From an uncultured Verrucomicrobiae bacterium (GTDB lineage: Bacteria > Verrucomicrobiota > Verrucomicrobiia > Chthoniobacterales > JAFAMB01), in the NCBI GenBank assembly GCA_963762565.1, contig CAVXLD010000003.1, positions 576,001 to 640,000 on the forward strand: 64,000 nt of DNA, given 5' to 3'. Positions within the stretch are counted from its first letter, which is position 1. The number at the start of each line of letters is the position of its first letter. Of the stretch, positions 46,931-57,347 are shown piece after piece. Under the pieces are notes generated by a model, which did no database searches, was not told the DNA's origin, and saw only the letters and a program-made list of their open reading frames with translations. The translations under genes and the position numbers were made by a program.

Positions 46931-47200
46931 TGTTCGTCCACGCAGAGCGTTCTCAAACGTTATCGTGTTGATGTAGCTCGCTGGCGAAAGGCCAATTAGC
47001 CTATAAGGCATATAGGCTCTAGAGACACTATAGGAGCCATACGTCCTATTGTTAACCGTCGCAATCCGTCCTTCTCTTTCGTCGCCAAATTAGGTATTAG
47101 TTAATTCCGGCAAGTATATTGGTTAAGGAACGTCATCTCTAATGTTTGAACGCTAACCAGCGAACTTACCTGTAATAAGTACATTCAGAGGAGATCCAAG

Positions 47201-47800
47201 ATGGAAAATACGAGGCTCATCGAGCTGCGGAGGACCTACGACACGGAACTGGCTGCCGGTAGATACTCATGTGCTGAGCAAATCTGCTGGCAAGCAATCG
47301 AGATTTGCGGCTATCGCGGCGCGCGCCGGCACTTCAGTTGTTGGCTGGGTTCGGCGGGCTCGAAGGCAGCCCTGGGGGTAGAGGCAGTCTGGTTATGGGA
47401 GTGGGCCGGTCTATTGGCCGATATTTACTATGAACTAGGTCAGTATGCGGAAGCGGAACCGGTCTATGCCTGGTTGGCAGTGGCTTGGATGCGCTTGCCT
47501 CGGGAATTGAAAGGTCACGCCTCGGGAACGCGTGCTTTGCTGTCTGATCTGTTACGAAAGTTGGCGGGGACCGAAGCGTTTATCGGGAAAGAACAGCGGG
47601 CAGGAAAACATTGGGTGATGGCTAAAAGACTTTCTGGTAAATGGGCGGTGGTCTTGGCTCCGGAGAGAAACGGAACGAGTTTGGCGGTAGGCTCGCTTCC
47701 CAGTCGAGGCCGTGTAACGGATACACTGCGAGAGGGGTTTGGTCATGGTTTTAGCCGATGGCCGTCGCTCTCTAGACATCGCCGATTTCGCAGGAGCTAG
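47201..47800 (+). CDS. Hypothetical protein with TPR-like helices
   Basis: GAGGAG RBS; LADIYYELGQYAEAEPVY TPR-like segment. Confidence 0.55.
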   Translation: MENTRLIELRRTYDTELAAGRYSCAEQICWQAIEICGYRGARRHFSCWLGSAGSKAALGVEAVWLWEWAGLLADIYYELGQYAEAEPVYAWLAVAWMRLPRELKGHASGTRALLSDLLRKLAGTEAFIGKEQRAGKHWVMAKRLSGKWAVVLAPERNGTSLAVGSLPSRGRVTDTLREGFGHGFSRWPSLSRHRRFRRS

Positions 47801-47815
47801 GCCGAGCAGGCGATA

Positions 47816-48984
47816 CTATTCTTGCGATTTTTTGCTTGCGATGGCTTCCGCTAGATTTGCCTCCGCGGTCGCCAGGCGGGTGGCAGCTTCGAGTTGAAAA
47901 GCGATCAAATCGGCGAACGTCCGGAACATGCCAATCACCACCGGATCACCAAGTTTCGCCGGTTCTGGGTCGATCGCGCAAAGTGTGCCGTAGAATCTGC
48001 CGTCACGCATAAAGATCGGCACGGAAATATAGCTTTGAAACCCATACATCGAAGGCGCGCAGTGATTGAAATAGGCGGCATTTTCCGCCACCCGGTTGAT
48101 GATAACAGCATGGCCGGCTTGCCGGACTTCGTGACACAAAGTGGTTGTAACCGGCAGTTCGTCCCCAGGCTTCAGCCCAAAGCCAATCGCGTCATGGGCA
48201 TCAAGACACACCCAACGCTCTGAGGTAACTCGCGCAATAGCGATAAACCCCATTCCGGTGACACGGCATACGCTTTTGAGGATTGTGGGCACGGCAGACA
48301 AGGCCTTGATCGCGTCCAGATCGTTCTGAAAATCGAAATAGCTGCCGCCGGCGGTCGCACCGATTGGTCTGCGCACCATATGATTGTTGACATGAGCTTG
48401 CGGGCTACCATCGACTCCTGGATTGCGTAGGACGAAATGGTGACGTTCAATGATGTCGCTGACTTCCGCGTGGCCGAGGCGGTCATGGCAGTAGCTGCAC
48501 ATACAGATAAGGCGTTGCCCGGGAACGGCCCTGTGCACGTGCGATTCGTAGTCTACAAAGGTATTCCAGCGATCCTTGTTTGCCCATCACAATTGCCATT
48601 GGTACGCAGGCCGCGATAACCGGCGGCAAGGGCTTTTTGTTCACGTTGCAGCAGTCCATCGACAATGGCTTTCGACTGGAGCGGTTGGTCGGGGTCGTAA
48701 AAGCTGCGCGTATCCTGTATTTCAATCTGCCCCCGACGTTCACGAACATCGAGATCAGGGACGGCGGCTCGCAGCGCCGCGCGGGCGTCGTCTAGGCAGA
48801 ACGGCGCGTTAGTGACCCAAAGGCAGAGTTCGTTGTTCTCAAGCCCCGCTCTGAAGTAGGGTACCAGCACATCACGCAAATCGGCCGCCACGCTGTAAAA
48901 CTGACCGATATGGCTTCCCCACGACAGGGACGGCAGCACCGCTATACCCGAGGGCGCAAATTCCTGTGGAGGATGCTCCAGCAT
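47816..48984 (-). pseudogene. MEDS-GAF sensory protein split by a 1-bp frameshift near 48586
   Basis: Adding one base joins the two ORFs into GLRTNGNCDWANKDRWNTFVDYESHVHRAVPGQRLICMCSY, a continuous MEDS domain followed by GAF (TTLCHEVR, FQSYISVPI, GTLCAID). Confidence 0.82.
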
Positions 48985-49142
48985 GGAGCACAGCTTAGCA
49001 TTAAAATGGCACGACAAAACAGGCAAAGTTGACCAAACAGTTTAGAAATCGTGGTCCCAAGTTGCTCAATTAGGGGATGAGGACCCGGGGCATTGACGGG
49101 ACGTCCACCGAAATGCTTCGGGCTAAAGCGTCGCATTTTAAA

Positions 49143-52100
49143 CTACCCAAAATCATGCGAGCTGGGAGTCTCTAACGCGAAGGTAGGTAAACGTTCTATG
49201 TTCTTCGCGCGAACATGAATTACTCCCTGGCGACTTTGAAGGATGCCTTCCACTAATAAAAAGCTCTCTTGAGTGATAATCAGACGATAGCGTTCGAACA
49301 TATTAGGCGTAACGATCACGTTGCTAATGCCGGTTTCGTCTTCCAAGCTGATAAAAACAAAACCTTTTGCCGTGCCGGGTCGTTGCCTGCAGATGGCGAT
49401 ACCGGCAACTCGTAGCAAGGTCCCATTACTCGCTTGAGGTAAATCGATACTACGCCAGATGTTATCCGGTAAAGTGGACCTTAAACAGGCAAGAGGATGC
49501 TTACCCACGGTCAAACGCATGGTGGAATAATCAGCAGTTAGACGTTCTACTTGTTCCATTTGCGGCAAGGGATCGGACGGCTGATCCAAGTGAGTAAAAA
49601 GCTCTCCTTGATAGTATGGAGCTTCAACCAGCCAGAGAGCATGGCGTCGGTGGCTGGCTAAAGGATTGAGAGCGCCGGAAGTGGCTAAAACCCTTAGCTC
49701 GTCGCGATCAAAATAGGTTCGCTTCCTAAAATCAACGAGATCCCGGAACGGACGGCTTTGACGCTCATTGATCATGCGTTGAACGTTGGGGCTGCTAAGT
49801 CCCCGACTTAAACAAAAACCTAGCCGGATAGTTTTATCCGATATTACGGTACAGAACCAATCAGACTCTGTGACTGATACAGGTAGTACCCGAATTTGAT
49901 GTCTCTGGGCGTCCTTTATTAGAGTAGCCGGAGCATAAAAACCCATAGGTTGATTATTCAGCAAGCTGACATAGAACTCGGCTGGTCTATGTACCTTTAG
50001 CCAGGAACTAGCGTAAGCAATCAAAGCAAAACTGATGGCGTGTGATTCCGGGAATCCATAGAGTGCGAATGAAGAGATAGCGGCTAAGATCTTTTCAGAG
50101 ACTTCCTCACTCACCTGGTTATCAGTTAACGCATTCCGAAGCTTTTTGGCGACCCGTTGCATCCGTTCTTGGGATCGATGAAAGCTCAATGCCCGTCGTA
50201 ATTCCTCCGCTTCATTGCCGGTGAAGTTAGCCATTACCATGGCAATTTTGAGCATTTGTTCTTGAAAAAGAGGGACTCCCAAGGTTCGCTCTAGAACCGG
50301 GATTAACCGTTCATCTAAATAAGTGATTTCCTCCGTGCCTTCCCGCCTGGCTAAGTAAGGATGCATCAGATGACCTTGGATTGGTCCTGGCCGGATAATG
50401 GCCACTTCGATTACGAGATCGTAAAACCGACGAGGCTTCATCCGAGGCAGGGTTGCCATTTGCGCACGGCTTTCCACCTGGAACACTCCAACGGTATCAG
50501 CGGCGCAAAGCATATCATAGGTCTGCGGATCATCCTTTGGCAGTTTCGCTAGCTCAATGGGGTGACCGCGTTGAGAGCAAATTTCAATCGCGTCCTGTAA
50601 AGCCGCCATCATTCCCAGTCCGAGCAAATCGACTTTTACTATCCCGAGATCTTCGCAGTCTTCCTTGTCCCATTGGATCACGGTTCGATTGGGCATAGTG
50701 GCGTTCTCCAGTGGCACAATCGAATCCAAATGATTTTGAGAAATCACCATCCCACCTGAATGTTGGCCCAGATGACGAGGTAACCCCTGGATCATTTGAT
50801 AAGCATTCAGAAATGTGGGGACCCGAGGATTATTCAGGGATAGTCCTGATTGTCGAAGTTGTTCTCGAGCTTCTAAGGTGTGCGGAAAATCACCGCTATG
50901 ATGCAATCGGGAAAATCGATCCATGATATCTTCAGGTAAATTGAGCGCTTTACCAATCTCCCGCATGGAGCTGCGTCCTCGAAAACAGATGACATTGGCT
51001 GTCATGGCGGCTCCGAGTCTACTGTAACGCCGATAAACCTCTTGGATAACGCTTTCCCGCCGGTCACCACTGGGTAAATCCAGATCGATATCCGGCCACC
51101 CTTTTCTGCCTTCACTAAGAAATCGCTCGAATAATAGATGGTTACCGATGGGATCTACCGGAGTAATTCCTAAGCAAAAACAAACAGCGCTGTTGGCCGC
51201 ACTACCCCGACCTTGCACCATAATATTCTGACTCCGGCAAAACTGGATCAGATCCCAGACAATGAGGAAATAACCTGGGAACCCTAATTTATGAATTAAA
51301 GCCAGCTCTCGTTCGATCTGATTTCTAACTTTTTTCGTTATCTTTGGATAAAGCCGGCGGGCGCCGTCCCAGGTTGTCTGTTCAAGAAAGCTATCCATGG
51401 TTTCCCCGGGAGGAACAGAGTAACGGGGAAATTCATAACCAAGATTTTCCAAAGTAAACTCTACTTCCTTGGCGATAGCGGCAGTATTGGCAACTGCCTG
51501 AGGAAGGTCGCTGAAAAGAGCGCACATCATAGCCGCATTTTTTAAATGACGCTCGGTGTTAGGCTCCAATAGCTGGCCGGCAAGATCCAGGTGAGTATGA
51601 TTCAGCGCACAGGTAAATACATCCAAAGCGATCCGTTGATCCGGAGTCGCGTAAAGGACTCCATTTGTAGCGACTAGTTTTAAGTGATGTTTTTCGGCTA
51701 GCCGCAACAAATTTAGTTCGATCCAGGGTTCATCTCGTAGATGATGGCGTTGGATCTCGACAAATAAGTGATCGACATCAAAACAACGTTTCAGATCGGC
51801 TAAACTTTTATCTGCGCCGGCAAAATCACCGCTAGTCAAGGCTCGATGCAACGGCCCTTCCTGGTCGCCGGTCAGACAGACTAGACCTTCGCTAAATTCA
51901 GAGAGTTCAGCCCAATCTATCGCGCTCTCGTTTTTAGGCGATCGCAATTTTGCTCTCGATATCAGTCGGCAAAGATTTTGATAACCGATACGGGATTTTA
52001 CCAGGACTGGTAAAACCGTGCCGTCAGTCATGGTGAGCTCGCTTCCGACCAATGGCCTGATACCGGCTTCCTTAGCAGCTGTGTAGAATCGGGGTGCACC

Positions 52101-52232
52101 AAAGACCCCATCTCGGTCACACAACGCTAGAGCCGGCAATTCCTGTTCGGCAGCGAGGTAAGCGAGGTTTTCAGGAGAAGAACTACCTCGTAAAAAGCTG
52201 AATGCGCTGCGAGCATGTAGTTCGACGTACAT
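49143..52232 (-). CDS. dnaE2: Error-prone DNA polymerase III alpha
   Basis: ELHARSAFSFL, GRGSAANS, PDIDLD, YGFPESHA, RQRPGTAKG and C-terminal SHDF motifs. Confidence 0.96.
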   Translation of the reverse strand: MYVELHARSAFSFLRGSSSPENLAYLAAEQELPALALCDRDGVFGAPRFYTAAKEAGIRPLVGSELTMTDGTVLPVLVKSRIGYQNLCRLISRAKLRSPKNESAIDWAELSEFSEGLVCLTGDQEGPLHRALTSGDFAGADKSLADLKRCFDVDHLFVEIQRHHLRDEPWIELNLLRLAEKHHLKLVATNGVLYATPDQRIALDVFTCALNHTHLDLAGQLLEPNTERHLKNAAMMCALFSDLPQAVANTAAIAKEVEFTLENLGYEFPRYSVPPGETMDSFLEQTTWDGARRLYPKITKKVRNQIERELALIHKLGFPGYFLIVWDLIQFCRSQNIMVQGRGSAANSAVCFCLGITPVDPIGNHLLFERFLSEGRKGWPDIDLDLPSGDRRESVIQEVYRRYSRLGAAMTANVICFRGRSSMREIGKALNLPEDIMDRFSRLHHSGDFPHTLEAREQLRQSGLSLNNPRVPTFLNAYQMIQGLPRHLGQHSGGMVISQNHLDSIVPLENATMPNRTVIQWDKEDCEDLGIVKVDLLGLGMMAALQDAIEICSQRGHPIELAKLPKDDPQTYDMLCAADTVGVFQVESRAQMATLPRMKPRRFYDLVIEVAIIRPGPIQGHLMHPYLARREGTEEITYLDERLIPVLERTLGVPLFQEQMLKIAMVMANFTGNEAEELRRALSFHRSQERMQRVAKKLRNALTDNQVSEEVSEKILAAISSFALYGFPESHAISFALIAYASSWLKVHRPAEFYVSLLNNQPMGFYAPATLIKDAQRHQIRVLPVSVTESDWFCTVISDKTIRLGFCLSRGLSSPNVQRMINERQSRPFRDLVDFRKRTYFDRDELRVLATSGALNPLASHRRHALWLVEAPYYQGELFTHLDQPSDPLPQMEQVERLTADYSTMRLTVGKHPLACLRSTLPDNIWRSIDLPQASNGTLLRVAGIAICRQRPGTAKGFVFISLEDETGISNVIVTPNMFERYRLIITQESFLLVEGILQSRQGVIHVRAKNIERLPTFALETPSSHDFG

Positions 52233-52239
52233 GGGAGAG

Positions 52240-52417
52240 AGGAGCTAGGAGCTAGAATCTAGGAGCTAGGAGAGGTCGACAGACATTGGTTCGCTCGGAG
52301 TCAATAACACATAGGTCCCATGTGTCCCATAAGTCCCATTTCAGCCACCCCTTAAAAACTTCTCTCAAGAAACCGCTTGTTTCTCCCAACGGCCGCTCCT
52401 CCTAGCTCCTAGCTCCT
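52240..52417. repeat. Inverted (AGGAGCT)n arrays enclosing a 9-mer array (GTCCCATNN)
   Basis: aggagctaggagctagaatctaggagctagg ... cctcctagctcctagctcct; 9-mer also near 5360 and 14600. Confidence 0.82.
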
Positions 52418-52420
52418 TTT

Positions 52421-53950
52421 TCAGTCGTATCCCCCCGTGATAGACCAGGAGCCGGCTGATAACGTCAATCGATAGAGTCCACCTTGCGCCAGCTCGATAT
52501 CCCATTCCTGGATCTCCCAACGATTGGTATCCCACCAATCACCGGAGGAATGCCAGGGACCAGACAGGTTATTGATTTTGCCGTTTACTGATGGGCTTTG
52601 GATCCTGACTGGTCGCCCTGAGATAAGTTCGACCATAGCCGGGATCGGCGGACGATAACGACGCAAAGCAGGGCCGACTCTTGGCGGTTTAATCTTGGTA
52701 GAAGTTTTATCCATCCAATCGAATGCTGGCAATTGCATACGGACGCTATCCGGTCGATGAGTAGCGATCTTTTCTGGGATTCCCACTCGATTATTGCCAA
52801 CTAAAGCGGCTAATCGCGCGAGCGTGTTAAAGAAGCGGTTAGGATCTTTTAGCCCGCTCTGAAATAGATCGAATTGATGTTTCCCAGGGTTACTAGCGAA
52901 TACTTCTAAGACAAATCCTACTACCGGTGCAGTGGTTTGCACGGTCTCTAAATATTGGGTCAGAACCCGGAATAGGACCGTTATGTCGCGAGTGGGTGCT
53001 GGTATTTGCAGAGAACGTTCCAGGGTATCTCCATTATCCAATAACAGTTGTAACCTGATCTCTGCTACTAGCCGGTAAACCGCCTCCACTCGTAAAGTGA
53101 GATGCTCCAAAGAACGTCTCAGAATGAAAAGCAGTGGTTCCAGCGTCTCCAGCCGCTGATCCAGATCGATCGCTTCCCTAAAAGTTTCCGGAGGATGCAT
53201 ATGATGGAGCACCTTGGTGGAACGACCCGTTGCTCGATCCCAAAGCGCTAACCCCTCCAGACCTAGACGCACCCCAATATCTTCTCTAGGTAAGCGTACT
53301 AGCTCGCCTAAGGTCCCGATTCCCCAGTTATGTAAAATATCTAAAAGCTCATGAGAGGGCTCAAGTGATTCCAGGGGAAGAGACCGAAGTAATTGGCTAT
53401 CGGCGTTAACTGCTAAATAAGGGTTAGCGAATTTGGCGGCTTGCTCCGTCAGTTCCGGGTTAGGGCCAATTCCGATTTGCGCGGTAAAACCTAGAATTCT
53501 CCAGTTAGCCAAAAGTTCGCGAGCCCACCATTCATGATGCTGATCTTTACGGCCGCGTAAATCGAGCGTGCAGACACCGGGAGCAGTATTTTCGATAAAA
53601 GGTGAATATCGATAGCAAAGTTGCAGTAACGCTTCTTGTTGCTGGTTTTCTTGTTCAATAGCCGGGGCATAAAGTTGCAACTCGGGTGCTCTGGCTAGAG
53701 CTAAGCTGGGAGTAATCCCAATGCTCACCCCAGCCGCATCAGCTATCGGATTGATTTCGATAATCTGCGAATCATTGAGTAAAGCGGACGGGATTTTATC
53801 CCCCGACTTTGGAATTGTCGCCTGCTCGCCAAATAAAGAGAGATTGGTTTGTCGATTGGATTCGATTTCGGCGTTAAGCAGCCTTTGTTGGGCGCATTGC
53901 AGCCGAAAATAAGGAGTATGCACAACAGCAAACAATTTAGGCTTGGGCAT
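52421..53950 (-). CDS. imuB: Inactive Y-family polymerase ImuB
   Basis: Y-family-like fold without catalytic Asp motifs; QFDLF clamp-binding motif; GPW..SGDWW; located between imuA and dnaE2. Confidence 0.88.
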   Translation of the reverse strand: MPKPKLFAVVHTPYFRLQCAQQRLLNAEIESNRQTNLSLFGEQATIPKSGDKIPSALLNDSQIIEINPIADAAGVSIGITPSLALARAPELQLYAPAIEQENQQQEALLQLCYRYSPFIENTAPGVCTLDLRGRKDQHHEWWARELLANWRILGFTAQIGIGPNPELTEQAAKFANPYLAVNADSQLLRSLPLESLEPSHELLDILHNWGIGTLGELVRLPREDIGVRLGLEGLALWDRATGRSTKVLHHMHPPETFREAIDLDQRLETLEPLLFILRRSLEHLTLRVEAVYRLVAEIRLQLLLDNGDTLERSLQIPAPTRDITVLFRVLTQYLETVQTTAPVVGFVLEVFASNPGKHQFDLFQSGLKDPNRFFNTLARLAALVGNNRVGIPEKIATHRPDSVRMQLPAFDWMDKTSTKIKPPRVGPALRRYRPPIPAMVELISGRPVRIQSPSVNGKINNLSGPWHSSGDWWDTNRWEIQEWDIELAQGGLYRLTLSAGSWSITGGYD

Positions 53951-54581
53951 ATTGAGGCTCCAGGTGATGGTTTTTTCGGTAAATGAAATCAATTAGCCGG
54001 CTCTGTGAGATCGTGGACGATAGTTCAGCGAAATCAGCGATTTGGAGAGGGTTATTGATCTGCAATGCGGCTATTGAGCTGCCGGAGATGTAGTAGCTAG
54101 TGACGAGCAACAGCGTTGTGCCGATCTCGGCTGTAACCCGTTGTAACCGGTACCAAGCAGTGGCCGGTACTTTCCTTAACTCGCGTGCCTCGTTCTGTTT
54201 TAAATCCAGGATACTAAGAACGATGTTGCCATCTCGGATGATTAAATCAGCGGCTCGAATTGCCTGAGAAACATTTTTGCATCGTATCCATAGCAAAAGA
54301 TTCGTTGCGTCGAGTGGCTCAAAACTGTTTTTGCCGTCGATTAAAGCCACAAACTGGGAAGAGGCTTGCATGGATTCGATGAGATCATGCAAGAGAGCTG
54401 CACTTCCACAGCTGGGGAGGGGAGCGACTAATTGAGTGATCGCCCCCCGTCGCAGGCCTCCATCTAAAGGCCGATCCAAGCAATCAATCCCGGTAGATAA
54501 GAGGGAAGAAGGAGGGGGCAATTCCCTGGGGTAGCGTTCATCCAGGATCTGTCGAAGTTCAATAATCTTACCGGACGGCAT
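53937..54581 (-). CDS. imuA: RecA-like ImuA
   Basis: STGIDCLDRPLDGGLRRGAITQL; degenerate Walker A; first gene of the cassette. Confidence 0.85.
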   Translation of the reverse strand: MPSGKIIELRQILDERYPRELPPPSSLLSTGIDCLDRPLDGGLRRGAITQLVAPLPSCGSAALLHDLIESMQASSQFVALIDGKNSFEPLDATNLLLWIRCKNVSQAIRAADLIIRDGNIVLSILDLKQNEARELRKVPATAWYRLQRVTAEIGTTLLLVTSYYISGSSIAALQINNPLQIADFAELSSTISQSRLIDFIYRKNHHLEPQYAQA

Positions 54582-54600
54582 AGTGTTCTACTGAACACTA
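54581..54600. promoter_or_regulatory. Verrucomicrobia-type LexA (SOS) box
   Basis: TAGTGTTC-TACT-GAACACTA with perfect 8-bp arms, containing TGTTC-N4-GAACA; -10-like TACACT on the minus strand at 54604-54609. Confidence 0.88.
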
Positions 54601-54646
54601 TAGAGTGTAGATCGATTTGCAACCCAGAAATGGGGGGGAGGCGGAA

Positions 54647-55118
54647 GGTGATTAGTGATTGGTGATTGGTGGGGGCGGGAGAGGTGAAAGATGATTGGTG
54701 GGAGCTGTGCACTATTTGGTGGGGCAAGGCTCCCGAAAGGTTGAATGTAACCCAACGCTCGGAGGGGAGCCGCTTTGGCATTTAGCAGGCGACCTCGCTA
54801 TATTTGGTTCAGAGCTCTTCTGGCCAATGAATGTCGCAACAGGCGGCTCCCGGGAATAACCCAGCGAGACGCATGTACCCAGCGCCTCCGATCTGATTGC
54901 ACCCGGACTGCAGAGCTGCGAACCGATGGGTAGTTCCCGGGAGCCGCCTGTTTTCGCACCTCTCGGCCGGACTAATGATGAAACGAAAGTTGCGAGGGTG
55001 GCGAGAGACACGCCAAAGCGGCTCCCCTCCGGGCGCCGGGCTACGAGATCTTTCGGGAGCTTCGCCCCACAAAGAGGGCGACAGCCCACCAATCACCAAT
55101 CACCAATCACTAATCACC
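54647..55118. repeat. Nested composite: inverted GATTGGT arrays > family D arms > family E element
   Basis: Heptamers 54647-54670 and 55087-55118; D arms 54716-54739 and 55050-55073; E 54752-55040. Confidence 0.9.
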
Positions 55119-55120
55119 CC

Positions 55121-56140
55121 TCACGCCTCCCGCGGCCCTGCAGCCTTCGCTATGAAATCGTACGGATAGGGCGGCTCAAGCGCGCTCGCGTCGTCTAGAT
55201 ACCTCACGTACTCCTCGGAGAGAATCCATCCGCTCGAACCAAGATTGGCTTCTAATTGAGGCATTGATCGGGCGCCGATGATTGGGGCGGTGACACCGGG
55301 CTTCCGAAGCAACCAATTGATTGCTACTTGGGCCGCGGTCTTCCCGCTCTTACTGGCGACGGCATGCAAAGCGTCCAGCACGGTCCACGTATGTTCGTTG
55401 TTGTAGGCGCTCCACTTTTCCCCCCAATCCTTTTCCTCAGCCAGTTTAACTCGTGAATCGTCTGGTGGCGCGGTCATACCACGCTGGAACTTGCCGGAAA
55501 GCCAGCCGCCACGCAGTGGGCTCCAAGGGATCACACCTAAACCTTCTCGAACTGAGATGGGGATGAGTTCCCATTCCGTACTACGACACAGCAAATTGTA
55601 TTGTGGTTGCAGGCATACGAACCTTTCCCAGCCTTTTTCACGGCTGAGATCGATCGCGCGCTGCAGCTGCCAGCCGTTAAAATTGCTCACTCCAAGATAG
55701 CGTACGGCACCATGGCGTAAGAGATCGTTCAGGGTAGAAAGTGTTTCCTCCAAAGGAGTCGCCGGATCCCAACAGTGGACCTGATAAAGGTCAATGTAGT
55801 CTGTTTGTAACCGTTGCAGACTCGCGTCGACCGAGCTCAGAATATGTTTCCGGCTCAAACCAAGGTCGTTGGGGCCGGGTCCCATCGGAAAACGGACTTT
55901 AGTGGCAATAACGAGATCATCACGTCTCCGGCGGCGTAACCATCTCCCGACGATTTCCTCAGAGAGGCCGGTCGAATAAACGTTGGCGGTATCAATAAAA
56001 TTGCCACCGACAGCGACAAATCGATCCAACATCGCATGACTCTCTTCTTCCGTAGCCTCGTTCTGACGCCCGAAAGTCATTGCGCCCAAGCAGAGCTCGC
56101 TGACGCGCAATCCTGTATGACCTAAGAAACGATACTCCAT
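55121..56140 (-). CDS. Aldo/keto reductase
   Basis: [28 protein letters not shown] and PWSPL.GG motifs. Confidence 0.95.
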   Translation of the reverse strand: MEYRFLGHTGLRVSELCLGAMTFGRQNEATEEESHAMLDRFVAVGGNFIDTANVYSTGLSEEIVGRWLRRRRRDDLVIATKVRFPMGPGPNDLGLSRKHILSSVDASLQRLQTDYIDLYQVHCWDPATPLEETLSTLNDLLRHGAVRYLGVSNFNGWQLQRAIDLSREKGWERFVCLQPQYNLLCRSTEWELIPISVREGLGVIPWSPLRGGWLSGKFQRGMTAPPDDSRVKLAEEKDWGEKWSAYNNEHTWTVLDALHAVASKSGKTAAQVAINWLLRKPGVTAPIIGARSMPQLEANLGSSGWILSEEYVRYLDDASALEPPYPYDFIAKAAGPREA

Positions 56141-56190
56141 TACCGAAACATGCTCAAAGGAAGCTTGGTGGCAAACGGGCGGAGGAGGAC

Positions 56191-56234
56191 CGGTAGGGCG
56201 AAAATCTCGGCGCGCCGAGGTTTTCGCCCTACCG
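56191..56234. repeat. Collapsed family B palindrome
   Basis: CGGTAGGGCGAAAATCTCGGCGCGCCGAGGTTTTCGCCCTACCG: two arms sharing the central GGCGCGCC. Confidence 0.9.
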
Positions 56235-56242
56235 AATTTCCC

Positions 56243-56273
56243 AAAAAACCGCGCGCCTTTGGTGGCGCGCGGT
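56243..56273 (-). terminator. Intrinsic terminator of the Spy/CpxP gene
   Basis: CCGCGCGCC stem, 6-nt loop, T6 on the minus strand. Confidence 0.8.
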
Positions 56274-56306
56274 CTGGCTTTGGCCCAACCAACTAGAGAA
56301 GCTTTA

Positions 56307-56807
56307 TCAACTACCAGTCTGGCTCATACGGTCAATATGGGCCTGAATCCTTGCATCTCGTTTCTGTTGCAGCGTGGTCAGCGTCTGCTTTTGCTCAGTG
56401 GTCAAAATCGACTGCAGAAACACATCGAATTTTGCGCGCTGAGCTAACATTTCGGTCTGGGCGCTGGCTACATTCGCTGAAAGCGAGCGAATGGTCGCAT
56501 CGTCGCTTGGATTCTTCTCGAGGGCAGAATCAACGGCTTGCTTCGCCTTCATCATATTCAGCAGGTTGGTTTTGAAGGCCTGCTTATTGTCGGAGAAGTA
56601 TTGTTTGACCTGTTGTTTCTGGGCATCTGTGAGATTCAATTGTTTCAAAAAGAACCCGAATTCACGATGATGACCCCATCCATGAGGTTTACCGGTCTCT
56701 GCCGAGGCGGACCCTGACGCTGACGCCGAGGCGCTCGGGTCTTGCGCATTAAGCGTGGCAAAACCCGCGAGCGCGGCGACGCAGATAATTAAAGGTTTGC
56801 ATTGCAT
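56307..56807 (-). CDS. Spy/CpxP-family periplasmic chaperone
   Basis: Signal peptide; [10 protein letters not shown] and ILTTEQKQ LTxxQ motifs; start ATG 56807. Confidence 0.88.
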   Translation of the reverse strand: MQCKPLIICVAALAGFATLNAQDPSASASASGSASAETGKPHGWGHHREFGFFLKQLNLTDAQKQQVKQYFSDNKQAFKTNLLNMMKAKQAVDSALEKNPSDDATIRSLSANVASAQTEMLAQRAKFDVFLQSILTTEQKQTLTTLQQKRDARIQAHIDRMSQTGS

Positions 56808-56959
56808 ACGGAGAGAATGACGCAAATAAAACGAGCTGAGTACCCTCGTTTGATAAGCGGTCATCGGTCGGGACGATCGGTGAGCGGTGGTTTATGAGAG
56901 GTGAATTGTCAGAGGTAAAAAGTGATTGGTGAGAGGTGATTGGTGACTGGGAGGCCACG

Positions 56960-57291
56960 AGTCGCCCTGGGTTGGTATGCCCGATTTTTCGGTTGGACTC
57001 GCGGTGAAGTGATCGACTTGGGACCGCGCCAGGGTTCACATCAGATGTTCGCGTGGGATGAATCTGGAAAGATCGGCGGAAGCATGACGGACTCGGCTCG
57101 GCTGCCCGGTATCCACGCGCAATGGCTATTTTTCTTCCCGGTTTCAGAAATCGAAATGTCTCTAGCCAGAGTTCGCGCCCTTGGCGGCAGCACATTGGAG
57201 CCAATGCAAACCGCGCGCCGTGATTGGGTTGCGGTGCAATGATCCGCAAGGTGCTGCTTTCGCGATTTACCAGTTCAGCCCCGGCGATTAG
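56960..57291 (+). pseudogene. Truncated, frameshifted VOC/glyoxalase gene
   Basis: WYARFFGW...QWLFFFPV...RVRALGG; DPQGAAFAIYQ continues in another frame after 57240; no start. Confidence 0.78.
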
Positions 57292-57347
57292 GCCCCTGCT
57301 TGCTTAATGGCTGAGTTGAACGACTTTTTTGCGTTTAATTTACCCGT

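Noticed and set aside
49143..54581. Prophage or integrative island around dnaE2
   Set aside because: No integrase, tRNA, att repeats or phage genes
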